Sequence record: OM632671.1
Length of the DNA: 64,000 bases
DNA from: Escherichia phage BEU50
Strand: one strand, 5' to 3'
Positions within the stretch are counted from its first letter, which is position 1, and every line of letters starts with the position of its first letter. The notes under the pieces were generated by a model that was not told the DNA's origin, did not search any database, and saw only the letters and a program-made list of their open reading frames with translations. The translations under genes were made by a program, and so were the position numbers. Below are positions 53,263 to 62,323 of this stretch, piece by piece.

Positions 53263-55076
53263 CAATTGAAAAAGAAATTGAAGGATTGATTCATAAAACT
53301 AATAAAGACCTTTTAAACGAGAATGCTAATAAAGATTCTCGTGTTTTTCCAACTCAACGGGACCTTATGGCTGGTATTGTGTCTAAACACATTGCCAAAA
53401 ATATGGTCCCGTCTTTTATTATGAAAGCGCATGAAAGCGGAATTATCCATTTCCACGATATTGATTATTCCCCTGCTCTTCCATTTACTAATTGCTGTTT
53501 AGTAGATTTAAAAGGAATGCTTGAGAACGGGTTTAAGCTCGGTAATGCACAGATTGAAACTCCTAAATCAATCGGTGTTGCTACTGCAATTATGGCACAA
53601 ATTACTGCACAAGTTGCTTCACACCAGTATGGCGGAACGACTTTTGCTAATGTAGATAAAGTACTTTCTCCTTATGTTAAACGCACCTATGCAAAACATA
53701 TTGAGGATGCAGAAAAATGGCAAATCGCTGATGCGTTGAATTATGCTCAATCCAAAACAGAAAAAGATGTCTATGACGCATTCCAAGCTTATGAATATGA
53801 AGTAAACACTCTCTTTAGTTCAAACGGACAAACGCCTTTTGTAACAATTACATTTGGTACGGGAACTGACTGGACTGAACGAATGATTCAGAAAGCAATT
53901 CTGAAAAATCGTATTAAAGGTCTTGGTCGTGATGGGATAACTCCTATTTTCCCTAAGCTTGTTATGTTCATTGAAGAAGGTGTTAATCTTTATAAAGACG
54001 ATCCGAACTATGATATTAAGCAGCTTGCGTTAGAATGTGCAAGCAAAAGAATGTATCCTGACATTATTTCGGTTAAGAATAATAAAGCTATTACCGGTTC
54101 ATCTGTTCCTGTTTCTCCAATGGGTTGCCGTAGTTTCTTGAGTGTATGGAAAGATTCAACCGGTAATGAAATTCTTGATGGTCGCAATAATCTTGGTGTT
54201 GTAACATTGAATCTTCCTCGCATCGCGTTAGATTCTTATATTGGAACGCAATTTAACGAACAGAAATTTGTTGAATTATTCAATGAACGAATGGATTTAT
54301 GTTTTGAAGCTTTGATGTGTAGAATTAGTTCCTTAAAAGGAGTTAAAGCGACTGTTGCTCCTATTCTTTACCAAGAAGGTGCATTCGGGGTTCGTCTTAA
54401 ACCTGATGACGATATAATTGAGTTATTTAAAAATGGTAGAAGTTCAGTGTCCCTAGGATACATTGGTATTCACGAATTGAATATTCTTGTCGGTCGTGAT
54501 ATTGGACAAGAAATTTTAACTAAAATGAATGCTCATCTTAAACAGTGGACTGAAAGAACTGGATTTGCTTTTAGTTTATATTCGACTCCTGCTGAAAACC
54601 TTTGTTATCGCTTCTGTAAACTTGATACAGAAAAATATGGAAGTGTAAAAGATGTTACCGATAAAGGCTGGTACACTAACAGTTTCCACGTTTCAGTAGA
54701 AGAAAATATTACTCCGTTTGAAAAGATTTCTCGTGAAGCGCCATATCATTTCATTGCGACAGGTGGTCACATTTCTTATGTTGAACTTCCTGATATGAAA
54801 AATAACTTAAAGGGTCTTGAGGCCGTATGGGATTATGCTGCACAACATTTAGATTATTTTGGTGTTAATATGCCAGTAGATAAATGTTTTACATGCGGAA
54901 GTACCCATGAAATGACTCCTACTGAAAACGGATTTGTTTGTTCTATTTGTGGAGAAACTGATCCTAAAAAGATGAATACCATAAGAAGAACATGCGGCTA
55001 TCTTGGAACTCCTAGCGTTGTTCCATGGAATTTAGGTAAAATGAAAGAAATGGTAAAACGAGTAAAACATGCATAG
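53259..55076 (+). CDS. nrdD: anaerobic ribonucleoside-triphosphate reductase NrdD (no intron)
   Basis: 605 aa uninterrupted; C-terminal Zn Cys cluster and glycyl radical motif RRTCGYLG. Confidence 0.95.
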   Translation: MTIEKEIEGLIHKTNKDLLNENANKDSRVFPTQRDLMAGIVSKHIAKNMVPSFIMKAHESGIIHFHDIDYSPALPFTNCCLVDLKGMLENGFKLGNAQIETPKSIGVATAIMAQITAQVASHQYGGTTFANVDKVLSPYVKRTYAKHIEDAEKWQIADALNYAQSKTEKDVYDAFQAYEYEVNTLFSSNGQTPFVTITFGTGTDWTERMIQKAILKNRIKGLGRDGITPIFPKLVMFIEEGVNLYKDDPNYDIKQLALECASKRMYPDIISVKNNKAITGSSVPVSPMGCRSFLSVWKDSTGNEILDGRNNLGVVTLNLPRIALDSYIGTQFNEQKFVELFNERMDLCFEALMCRISSLKGVKATVAPILYQEGAFGVRLKPDDDIIELFKNGRSSVSLGYIGIHELNILVGRDIGQEILTKMNAHLKQWTERTGFAFSLYSTPAENLCYRFCKLDTEKYGSVKDVTDKGWYTNSFHVSVEENITPFEKISREAPYHFIATGGHISYVELPDMKNNLKGLEAVWDYAAQHLDYFGVNMPVDKCFTCGSTHEMTPTENGFVCSICGETDPKKMNTIRRTCGYLGTPSVVPWNLGKMKEMVKRVKHA

Positions 55077-55088
55077 GGTTAAACACCA

Positions 55089-55721
55089 ATGAATTATGAC
55101 AGAATCTATTCAAATCTAGTTAATTCTGCTGAACACCCATCTAAGCCCCGTCAAACTAAAGCCGGGTATGAACTTCATCATATAATTCCAAGAAGCATGG
55201 GTGGTCCAGATGATTTAGACAACTTAGTATTTTTAACTTATAAGGCCCACTATACTGCTCACCATTTATTGGCTAAAATATATGGTGGAAAGATGTATGA
55301 TGCATATTGGATAATGAGTAATAGTAAGCATAGAAAAGTTACTTCTTCACAATACGCGTATGCAAAAGCTAAGAAATTTGAAAATCAGCGTGGCGCAAAA
55401 AGAAGCGATAAAACTAAGAAGCTAATGAGCATAGCTAGGTCTAAAGTAACTCTTCCTGATGATTTTGGAAAAAGGATATCTGATGGGCTAACAGGAAGAA
55501 CTTTGTCTACTAGTCATAAAGAGCATATCAAAAATAGTTCTAGAAATCGCTTTAACACCAAAACGGTTATTGGCTATTCACCAGACGGAAATACAATAGA
55601 ACTAACTGGAGCAACTGAAATAAGAAATGCAGGATTTTTTCATTCTGCTGTTTATAAATGTTGCAAAGGAATTCAATCTATTCATAAGGGATATACTTGG
55701 AAATATAAAGATGAATTATGA
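55089..55721 (+). mobile_element. free-standing HNH homing endonuclease between nrdD and nrdG
   Basis: HNH core YELHHIIPRSMGGPDDLDNLVFLTYKAHYTAHHLL; first 7 codons (MNYDRIY) match nrdG; stop overlaps the nrdG start. Confidence 0.8.
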
Positions 55722-56181
55722 TAGAATATACCCGTGCTGCTTTGTTAATGGTCCTGGATGCAGGGTCGTTCTCTTCGTCACTGGATGTTTGCATAAATGC
55801 GAAGGTTGTTATAATCGTAGTACTTGGAATGCTCGTAACGGACAGTTATTCACTATGAATACCGTTAAAGAACTTGCGTCCCATTTAAGCAAATCGTATA
55901 TCCAAGGCCTTACCTTAACCGGTGGTGACCCACTTTATCCACAGAACCGAGAAGAGATTTCAAATTTAGTTTCTTGGGTTAAAGCAAGATTTCCGGAGAA
56001 AGATATCTGGTTGTGGACAGGATATAAGTTTGAAGATATTAAACAGCTAGAAATGCTTAAATATGTTGATGTTATTATTGATGGGAAGTATGAGAAAAAT
56101 CTTCCGACTAAAAAGCTGTGGCGAGGATCAGATAATCAGCGACTTTGGTCAAATACCGATGGGGTGTGGAAACATGATTAA
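55711..56181 (+). CDS. nrdG: anaerobic ribonucleotide reductase activating protein NrdG
   Basis: MNYDRIYPCCFVNGPGCRVVLFVTGCLHKCEGCYN (radical-SAM CxxxCxxC); 156 aa. Confidence 0.93.
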   Translation: MNYDRIYPCCFVNGPGCRVVLFVTGCLHKCEGCYNRSTWNARNGQLFTMNTVKELASHLSKSYIQGLTLTGGDPLYPQNREEISNLVSWVKARFPEKDIWLWTGYKFEDIKQLEMLKYVDVIIDGKYEKNLPTKKLWRGSDNQRLWSNTDGVWKHD

Positions 56182-56291
56182 ATTGAATTACATTATGGAT
56201 ACTATAAATGATATGATTTTTCGTTTTGGTCCAGAATTTTATTCGCAATATAGTTTAGTGCTTATCAATGCTTAGTTAATTAAGGGTAAAT

Positions 56292-56504
56292 ATGTATAAA
56301 TTTCGTAAAGGTTTAGCTGATTTTCTTACAACTGTAACATTCTTTTTGTTTATGGCAGTTGGAGCTATTTTTCTTATTCCTTTTACTGCTGTATTTTTCG
56401 TGATTAGTTTAATTTCTCCGGAAAAGGGTTTATCCTCCAGCGAATTCAATGAACGTTTGGACAAAATTACTAATAAACTGAATTCTGTTCTTGGCAAGGA
56501 ATAA
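56292..56504 (+). CDS. hypothetical small membrane protein
   Basis: Two hydrophobic helices; 70 aa. Confidence 0.5.
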   Translation: MYKFRKGLADFLTTVTFFLFMAVGAIFLIPFTAVFFVISLISPEKGLSSSEFNERLDKITNKLNSVLGKE

Positions 56505-56506
56505 TT

Positions 56507-56815
56507 GTGGAACACAACAAGATTGAAATTTATGGCATCCCTGAAGAAGTAGGACGTTGTCCAGGATGTTATACTGTTACAAAACTTTTAAAGGAGCTCA
56601 ATGCTCCTTATACATTTTATAAAGTCCTCACTAATAATGGTAAGATTGAATATGACCGTCCTTTAATCGTATCTCTTGCTAAACGTGCAGGATTCACTTC
56701 ACTTAATATTCGTTATCCTGTCATATTTTTAAATGATAAGAAACAAAAGAATATTGCAGAGTTTAAAAAGTCCTTGATTTCATTAGGATATGACTCTGAT
56801 ATCATAGAAGATTGA
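56507..56815 (+). CDS. nrdH: glutaredoxin-like protein (NrdH-like)
   Basis: CPGC redox motif in a thioredoxin-like context; GTG start after SD aagga; adjacent to nrdG. Confidence 0.65.
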   Translation: MEHNKIEIYGIPEEVGRCPGCYTVTKLLKELNAPYTFYKVLTNNGKIEYDRPLIVSLAKRAGFTSLNIRYPVIFLNDKKQKNIAEFKKSLISLGYDSDIIED

Positions 56816-56838
56816 CCAGGTGCCGCCTGGTCTTCTTT
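56814..56838 (+). terminator. rho-independent terminator
   Basis: gaccagg-tgccg-cctggtc followed by TTCTTT. Confidence 0.6.
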
Positions 56839-56923
56839 ATCTCATTTCTAATATAATCCATTGGAATCTTCACTTCACTATCTCCTTGTGCCCCTCTCAA
56901 ATCGAAAATATTTTCATAAAACA

Positions 56924-56953
56924 GTTTACATCCTCAATAGACGTGTTAAGATT
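56924..56953 (+). promoter_or_regulatory. early promoter (GTTTAC, 17 nt, TAAGAT)
   Basis: GTTTAC 56924-56929. Confidence 0.45.
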
Positions 56954-56980
56954 AAACCATCTACTATAGAGGAAAATAAA

Positions 56981-57163
56981 ATGACAATTGAAGATAAAGA
57001 AATTAAGGTTGACCAGTACTATTCTGTCAACGGTAATGCAGTACAGATAACCAGAGTTTCAAGCCTGGATGTTTGGTACCGTTTAATCAAATATCCAGAA
57101 ATTGGCGAAATGCTTTGTGACCGTGGTATCTTCTGTTCAATTGCGAAGGAAATTAAGCCATGA
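56981..57163 (+). CDS. hypothetical small protein
   Basis: 60 aa from ATG after SD agagga. Confidence 0.5.
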   Translation: MTIEDKEIKVDQYYSVNGNAVQITRVSSLDVWYRLIKYPEIGEMLCDRGIFCSIAKEIKP

Positions 57164-57408
57164 TTAGTTTAGATTCAAAGAAAGTTGTTCTAACCCTTAA
57201 AGTTAATGACGAGCGACCGGTATTCGTTACCATTTCCGATTTGCATGTTGAAATTGCTAATGGCGTTCGTACTTATCAAGCAAATAAAACTCAATGGGAT
57301 TATATCCCGATGTTGACGCTTACTCAGCGTTTAGAAGCAATTGGCCTTAAAGACCTTTCAGTAAGTGAAGTGAATTTTATCAAACGCATTGTATCAATCA
57401 ACCTCTGA
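57160..57408 (+). CDS. hypothetical protein
   Basis: 82 aa ORF, ATGA-coupled. Confidence 0.5.
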   Translation: MISLDSKKVVLTLKVNDERPVFVTISDLHVEIANGVRTYQANKTQWDYIPMLTLTQRLEAIGLKDLSVSEVNFIKRIVSINL

Positions 57409-57415
57409 GGTACTT

Positions 57416-57709
57416 ATGGGTAAAACATATCGTCGTAAAGATTTGAAAGTTCGCGATTACGACTATTTTGGTAAGCGTAAAGCTCCTGATGGTGTTAGCC
57501 ACAAAGACATGGTTGAAAACATTTTCCGCTCAGATAAATGGAAACGTATGAAAGGCGTTGATTCTGAAGTCAAGAATGAAATGAATCGACAACTCCGCAA
57601 AGAAGTTCGTAAGTTGAAAAAAGATGTTTACAGTAAAGAAGAGTATGATTATAATACTTCTCATACTGAAGCCAAACGTAAAGCTAACGAATGTTATCGT
57701 TACAGTTGA
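57416..57709 (+). CDS. hypothetical basic protein
   Basis: ATG after SD gagg; lysine/arginine rich. Confidence 0.5.
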   Translation: MGKTYRRKDLKVRDYDYFGKRKAPDGVSHKDMVENIFRSDKWKRMKGVDSEVKNEMNRQLRKEVRKLKKDVYSKEEYDYNTSHTEAKRKANECYRYS

Positions 57710-57848
57710 GGAAATTATGAATATCAAACGCTGGCTTTTTAAGCAAGGGTTCTACACTTTAAATGCTACTCCAAAAGGCGATACAACTAAGTGGTCAGTA
57801 ACTGACTGGATTAAATTTATTGATGAAAATGGCAATTGGGAAATTTAA

Positions 57849-58049
57849 ATGAATCCTGAATCTATGTTATCTCAAAAACTTCGTGAAGAACGTGCCGAAT
57901 TCTTTGCCAATATGAAACTCAACGGTGTTGAGGATGAAGACTTCTTACGCTGGTTCTGGATTTACAAATACAAAGAATGCCAGCACGCTGTACTACTGAC
58001 TTGTGCAGTTATGTACGAAGGCTGGAAAGGCGCTAAAAAGTTCGGTTAA
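57849..58049 (+). CDS. hypothetical protein
   Basis: 66 aa ORF. Confidence 0.45.
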   Translation: MNPESMLSQKLREERAEFFANMKLNGVEDEDFLRWFWIYKYKECQHAVLLTCAVMYEGWKGAKKFG

Positions 58050-58113
58050 TAATGTACAACGATAGGAAGACATGTTATTATCTTTCCTATCGTCTTAAAA
58101 TGAGGAAAATATC

Positions 58114-58353
58114 GTGGCCCAAGAATTAGATTTTATCAAATTCAAAAAACACCTCGACGTTAAAATTGGGGATTCAATTGTTAGGATTGAGTATGACATT
58201 TTAACAGATGCTATTACTGTTAGTTGTGATGGAAATAGTTTCAGCTTCGATACAACCGAAAACAAGTACCCAATCTATAAAGGCATCTTTGATATGGGTG
58301 TTGATATTACTCCACGTGATACAAATTACTTACTTTTCATGCTTAAAAAATAG
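58114..58353 (+). CDS. hypothetical protein
   Basis: GTG start after SD gaggaaa; 79 aa. Confidence 0.45.
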   Translation: MAQELDFIKFKKHLDVKIGDSIVRIEYDILTDAITVSCDGNSFSFDTTENKYPIYKGIFDMGVDITPRDTNYLLFMLKK

Positions 58354-58383
58354 TATACAAACTCTTGAGAGATGAGTATAATT
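58353..58383 (+). promoter_or_regulatory. early promoter with IR around the -10 (PeSL family D, second copy)
   Basis: GTATAC ... gagaga-tgagTATAATtctctc; about 50 nt near-identical to 32191-32240. Confidence 0.55.
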
Positions 58384-58419
58384 CTCTCGTTGGATAATAA
58401 AATAACCGAGGAAAATAAT

Positions 58420-58752
58420 ATGTCTACTAAAATCAAAAACGTAGTTAATTCTTTCGCTTTCGATAAAGTTGTTGCTCTTCTGGAATCCGGCAATATTGTT
58501 ACTCCTCAAGTTCTTGACGCGTGGGAATTCCGTCTTTATGAAATCATGCAAAAACACGACCAGAAAATTGGACGTAATTCTATTCGTGAAATTCTAGTAC
58601 AATATATTCTTTCTGAATTTGACGTTGCTGCATTTGGTGTTGAATCTAAAGCTTATCAGAAACATGAAATCTCTGAAAAGACTATCCGTCGTATGAAAAA
58701 TCAACGTAAGAAAAAATTCGTTGACCTGAAAATTGTTAAGGCGGTAAAATGA
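58420..58752 (+). CDS. hypothetical protein
   Basis: 111 aa from ATG after SD gaggaaa. Confidence 0.55.
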   Translation: MSTKIKNVVNSFAFDKVVALLESGNIVTPQVLDAWEFRLYEIMQKHDQKIGRNSIREILVQYILSEFDVAAFGVESKAYQKHEISEKTIRRMKNQRKKKFVDLKIVKAVK

Positions 58753-58976
58753 GCGTATTAACAGAAACTTTGATTAATGACCTGCGTCTAGCTGGTTACG
58801 AAGTTGGTACAAATAGCCTAGGTCTTCCTCAGATTGAAGGGCCTGGATTTATCCTAGAATATGAATTCAAACAATGGTGGTTATATGCTACGGTTGACGA
58901 TGCGTTGAATATTGATTTTGTTGACCAATTTGATTCGTTGGATGCTGCTCTTGAAGCAGCAAAGGAACTAGAATGA
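58749..58976 (+). CDS. hypothetical acidic protein
   Basis: 75 aa ORF, ATGA-coupled. Confidence 0.5.
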   Translation: MSVLTETLINDLRLAGYEVGTNSLGLPQIEGPGFILEYEFKQWWLYATVDDALNIDFVDQFDSLDAALEAAKELE

Positions 58977-59242
58977 AATTAACTCGAATCAGTATAACTG
59001 AAGAAAAGCTGGGCGAATTTTATGTTGACGAATACATGAAAGTCACGTATTTTCCATTCGTTAAAGGTGTTGGTTTTTGGGAAACTCATGTATCTCAATT
59101 AAACGAAGGCGACTATAACGAAACACATGAGAACTTTTTAGATTTTCTTTATAATGCCGGTCTTACTGAGCTTTATATCGATATCCATGAGTTCAAACGT
59201 TTAATGGAAAAAGTGTTTCAGGCTTATTGTTTGCTCCGATAG
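58973..59242 (+). CDS. hypothetical protein
   Basis: 89 aa ORF, ATGA-coupled. Confidence 0.5.
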   Translation: MKLTRISITEEKLGEFYVDEYMKVTYFPFVKGVGFWETHVSQLNEGDYNETHENFLDFLYNAGLTELYIDIHEFKRLMEKVFQAYCLLR

Positions 59243-59314
59243 TATCTCGTGCTTTAAGATAGGTCTCTAAATATTATGATATAATAGACCTATGAATTGA
59301 GCCAAGAGGTACTT

Positions 59315-59872
59315 ATGACTGAACAAAAACCTAAAAATAACTATGTGAATAATAAAGAGCTTCTCGCTGCTATAATCGAGTGGAAAAAGGAGCTCTTAAA
59401 TAATAAAGACCCAAACAAAATTATTCGTCAGAATGATACCATCGGATTAGCAATTATGCTTATCGCCGAAGGCCTGTCCAAACGTTTCAACTTTTCAGGA
59501 TATACCCAGTCTTGGAAGCAGGAGATGATTGCAGATGGGATTGAAGCCTCTATTAAAGGTCTTCATAATTTCGACGAAACTAAGTACAATAACCCACATG
59601 CATACATAACTCGAGCTTGTTTTAATGCTTTTGTCCAACGTATCAAAAAAGAACGTAAGGAAGTTGCAAAGAAATATAGTTACTTCGTTCATAATGTCTA
59701 CGACAGTCATGACGATGATATGGTAGCGTTGGTAGATGAAACGTTTATTCAAGACATCTACGATAAAATGACGCATTATGAAGAATCCGCTTATAAAGCT
59801 CCTGGGGCTGAAAAGAAGGAAGTTGTTAGCGATTCGCCTAGTTTGGATTTTTTATATGAGGATGACAATTGA
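59315..59872 (+). CDS. 55: late transcription sigma factor gp55
   Basis: [63 protein letters not shown]... near-identical to recalled T4 gp55; ATG after SD gagg. Confidence 0.95.
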   Translation: MTEQKPKNNYVNNKELLAAIIEWKKELLNNKDPNKIIRQNDTIGLAIMLIAEGLSKRFNFSGYTQSWKQEMIADGIEASIKGLHNFDETKYNNPHAYITRACFNAFVQRIKKERKEVAKKYSYFVHNVYDSHDDDMVALVDETFIQDIYDKMTHYEESAYKAPGAEKKEVVSDSPSLDFLYEDDN

Positions 59873-60071
59873 CATCTCTAACTATTTAGAAGAACCTTTT
59901 GACGAAGCAATCCCTTATTTGGTAAAACTGTTGGGTCGTGAATTTAAAATTAATTTTGACATCGACCCTTTGAACCCACATGACGTGTCATTTTCGATAA
60001 ATGGGACTCCGGTTGAGTATGAGTTCTGTATTGAAGAGGATGGGCGTTTTTATTTTAATTTAATGAGATAA
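59862..60071 (+). CDS. hypothetical protein
   Basis: 69 aa from ATG after SD gagg, overlapping the gene 55 stop. Confidence 0.5.
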   Translation: MTIDISNYLEEPFDEAIPYLVKLLGREFKINFDIDPLNPHDVSFSINGTPVEYEFCIEEDGRFYFNLMR

Positions 60072-60072
60072 T

Positions 60073-60396
60073 ATGACTACCGAGATTATTGAAAATAAAG
60101 AAGCAGAAGATGCAGTAGCTAAAATGCTACAAGAAATCCAAAAGAAAAATGAAGCTGAAGCACGTAAAAAATCCGAAAAGATTCTTAAAAAGAATCGTTT
60201 TGAACTAAACCGTCTTTATGCTCATGCTCAAGAAGCAGCAATTCAAAACAACTTCGAAGCTTACGAATATGCTATTAAGAAATCTCGGGATATTCTACGA
60301 CAACCATATAATGACAAGTTAATTAAAATCCAGTGGGTTACTACTCGTCAGGCTATTGAGGACATCATTAATGGCGCTAGTTCAAACAAAGTTTAA
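60073..60396 (+). CDS. hypothetical protein
   Basis: 107 aa ORF. Confidence 0.5.
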   Translation: MTTEIIENKEAEDAVAKMLQEIQKKNEAEARKKSEKILKKNRFELNRLYAHAQEAAIQNNFEAYEYAIKKSRDILRQPYNDKLIKIQWVTTRQAIEDIINGASSNKV

Positions 60397-60577
60397 ACGT
60401 CTGAAGCTGAACGCAGGGTTCACCCTTAAATTGGGAGGTCCTCTTTGTGTTAAAATTTCTGAAAAGGAATATCACGACGGTTCTATTACAGAAATTTGTC
60501 CGCCTATTGTAAAGGCAGACCCAAAACAACTCGTGTGGGTCGATTCATTTCAAGTTAAGAAATGGTGGAAACGATGA
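60371..60577 (+). CDS. hypothetical protein
   Basis: 68 aa from internal ATG of the track ORF 60356. Confidence 0.4.
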   Translation: MALVQTKFKRLKLNAGFTLKLGGPLCVKISEKEYHDGSITEICPPIVKADPKQLVWVDSFQVKKWWKR

Positions 60578-60789
60578 GAGAAATTGATTTAGGCATTTTC
60601 TGAGAGGTGCTTATGCATGACGAACGACCTGACCTCTGAAAATTTCGATAAAATCCGTAAAGGCAAAGCAGAAAGAATGAGACGTTTTAAAGAGTCTTAT
60701 GATAAAGCTAAAGCCGAAGGAACTATTACATACAAGCCCATTAGATTTAAAAGTTCAAATGAGCCTCTGTACGGTGTACTATGTGGATA

Positions 60790-60814
60790 GGAACTCTTCG
60801 GAGTTCCTTTTTTT
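60790..60814 (+). terminator. rho-independent terminator
   Basis: ggaactc-ttcg-gagttcc followed by TTTTTTT. Confidence 0.7.
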
Positions 60815-60840
60815 GCTTTATAAACGGATGATAAAATGAA
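60813..60840 (+). promoter_or_regulatory. candidate MotA-dependent middle promoter upstream of gene 47
   Basis: MotA-box-like TTTGCTTTA followed about 12 nt later by TAAAAT; T4 genes 46/47 are middle genes. Confidence 0.4.
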
Positions 60841-60860
60841 TTAACTAATGAGGAAATAAT

Positions 60861-61880
60861 ATGAAAATTTTGCACTTAGGCGACTTCCATATCGGAGTCA
60901 AACAAGACGACCCATGGGTTCAAGATATTCAACGTGATGGTATTCGTCAAGCAATTGAATACTCTAAGAAACACGGGATTAAAACTTGGATTCAGTACGG
61001 TGATTGGTTCGACGTCCGTAAAGCAATAACACATCGTACAATGGAATTCAATCGTGAAATCGTTGATATGATTTCTAAAGCAGGCATTCACGTTCATGTC
61101 ACGATAGGAAACCATGACATGGCGTTTAAGAATACAATAACACCCAACACTGTTTCTGAATTGTTAACTCAATTTGAAAATTTTACTATTTACGAGCATC
61201 CAACTACTGTAGATTTTGACGGATGTCTTATTGATATCATTCCATGGATGTGTGAAGAAAATACAGGTGAAATCTTAGAGCACATCAAGACTTCTTCTGC
61301 AGCGTATTGTGTTGGGCACTGGGAACTGAACGGCTTTTATTTCTATAAAGGGATGAAGTCTCATGGGCTTGAACCTGATTTCTTAAAGACCTATAAACAA
61401 GTCTGGTCCGGCCACTTCCACACAATCTCTGAAGCTGCTAACGTCAAATATATTGGGACACCATGGACCCTTACTGCAGGTGATGAGAACGACCCACGCG
61501 GATTCTGGGTATTTGACACTGATGTTGAACGTATGGAATTTATTCCTAATGAAACAACATGGCATCGACGAATCACTTATCCGTTTAAAGGCAAAATCAA
61601 TTATTCTGATTATACTAATCTAGCCGTACGTGTTATAGTATCAGAAATTGATTCAGAGTTGACTAAGTTTGAATCTGAACTTGAAAAAGTAGTTCACTCT
61701 CTTCGTATGGTTTCTAAAGTTGATAACAGTGTTGAATCTGATGACGACCAGGAAATCGAGATTAAATCACTTCAAGATATCATTAAAGAATATATTGACG
61801 CGATTCCAGATATCTCAGACGAAGACAGAGAAGCGCTGGTCAAATATTCCAACGAACTTTATATTGAGGCAACACAATGA
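60861..61880 (+). CDS. 47: recombination endonuclease subunit gp47 (Mre11-like)
   Basis: Phosphoesterase motifs LHLGDFH, GNHD, GHWE; 339 aa as in T4 gp47. Confidence 0.95.
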   Translation: MKILHLGDFHIGVKQDDPWVQDIQRDGIRQAIEYSKKHGIKTWIQYGDWFDVRKAITHRTMEFNREIVDMISKAGIHVHVTIGNHDMAFKNTITPNTVSELLTQFENFTIYEHPTTVDFDGCLIDIIPWMCEENTGEILEHIKTSSAAYCVGHWELNGFYFYKGMKSHGLEPDFLKTYKQVWSGHFHTISEAANVKYIGTPWTLTAGDENDPRGFWVFDTDVERMEFIPNETTWHRRITYPFKGKINYSDYTNLAVRVIVSEIDSELTKFESELEKVVHSLRMVSKVDNSVESDDDQEIEIKSLQDIIKEYIDAIPDISDEDREALVKYSNELYIEATQ

Positions 61881-62140
61881 CTTTAGATGAATTTAACAAT
61901 GCTGGACTCAGGCTTGAAGTTGAAATGGACGTTAAAGATGATGATGGATTCGAGAACACTATCAAGTATTGGATTGAGCCATTACGCGTTGAAGGCAATG
62001 AAGTTAAAGCAGTTCATGTCTGCACCGACTGGGCTGTATCCTTTAACTTCAACATTTTAGATAATGACACACCTAAATCATTGCGAGATATGGCTGTATC
62101 TTGTATTAAGGATGCATACTGTGAAGTTTTCGACATTTGA
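61877..62140 (+). CDS. hypothetical protein (46.1/46.2 position)
   Basis: 87 aa ORF between 47 and 46. Confidence 0.5.
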   Translation: MTLDEFNNAGLRLEVEMDVKDDDGFENTIKYWIEPLRVEGNEVKAVHVCTDWAVSFNFNILDNDTPKSLRDMAVSCIKDAYCEVFDI

Positions 62141-62323
62141 CATTAATGATGAATTCATAGCAAACATTGATTATACCGAAGAAGATTCTAGATATGTTGG
62201 AATAATTTATATTACATCAAAAACAGCACAAGGCGTTGTTTGCATGGCTGAATTTGATGAATACTTTTTAGATTATGATGATATGATAGAATGGTCTAAA
62301 AGATACATTAAAAGGAATCTTTT

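Noticed and set aside
53259-55076. Group I intron in nrdD as in T4
   Set aside because: The ORF is continuous at 605 aa with intact glycyl-radical and Zn motifs, so no intron is present
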